In this document: piece after piece, positions 63,581 through 64,000 of the stretch
How positions within the stretch are numbered: the stretch's first letter is position 1
Layout: each line of letters starts with the position of its first letter
Assembly (NCBI RefSeq): GCF_037042905.1
Contig: NC_087252.1
Location: 25,360,001 to 25,424,000 of the forward strand
Length of the DNA: 64,000 nucleotides
Direction: 5' to 3'
Origin: Lytechinus pictus
Taxonomy: Eukaryota
Notes under the pieces: model-generated
Told to the model about the DNA's origin: nothing
Database searches by the model: none
What the model saw: the letters and a program-made list of their open reading frames with translations, nothing else
Made by a program: the position numbers and the translations under genes

Positions 63581-64000
63581 TTTCATACCTGTGGTTTCAG
63601 TGGGCAGTGCTCGCTCAAGAATGAACAGATGAATAGTTTTTCAACTTTTTGGTGTCATTTGAAAGTTGACTTTATTGGCTTCTATATATGTAAGTGTTTT
63701 CTCCCAAAGTGATATATTTTTTATTTGGCAGCCATTTCAAAAGTGTATAGTTTTTTTGGGGGACGCACCCTATAACTTGTTAGGGATAACTTTTACCAAA
63801 ATAATTTTGCTCGATCATATTTTAAGACAAAATTTAACATCACAATCCTTCGGGTAAATATCTAACAATGCTTGATTTACCCACAGAATAGTATGTAATT
63901 TTGTCTTAAGTTACATAAATACACTTGCAAACACTAACCAGTATTATTGTAATATATTTACTGTGGTTGTTATGAATAACAAACGATTTCATTTGACTCA

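Overview
AT-rich eukaryotic DNA with spliceosomal introns. The SINE, MITE families and death-domain type suggest a sea urchin, possibly Lytechinus; this is an inference and no search was run. Genes: the first three exons of BUD13 (- strand, running off the left edge), head-to-head with a two-exon ~21-finger C2H2 gene (+); a probable spliced lncRNA at ~20.1-22.5 kb; a four-exon 10-finger C2H2 gene (-) whose frame stays open ~200 codons upstream of its first in-frame ATG; an uncharacterised 572-aa gene (-) with RFX X-box-like upstream motifs; and a death-domain exon with nearby exon-like segments at 54-58 kb (-). The rest is dense with non-autonomous DNA transposons (TTAA/Kolobok-like, TA/TcMar-like, hAT-like, Harbinger-like, CACT-ended, Academ-like), SINEs and LINE 3' stubs. 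I see no transposase, CRISPR array, rRNA or true tRNA, and cannot demonstrate a new biological system. Strongest leads: (i) possible non-AUG or frameshifted start of the second ZNF gene; (ii) 20-34 bp CAT...ATG micro-insertions with 7-8 bp target duplications resembling P-type excision footprints; (iii) excess TA-NNNN-TA palindromes that may be excision scars; (iv) a triple-nested transposon; (v) several giant palindromic or satellite-bearing elements. Coordinates were read by hand; the ends of degenerate repeats are approximate.
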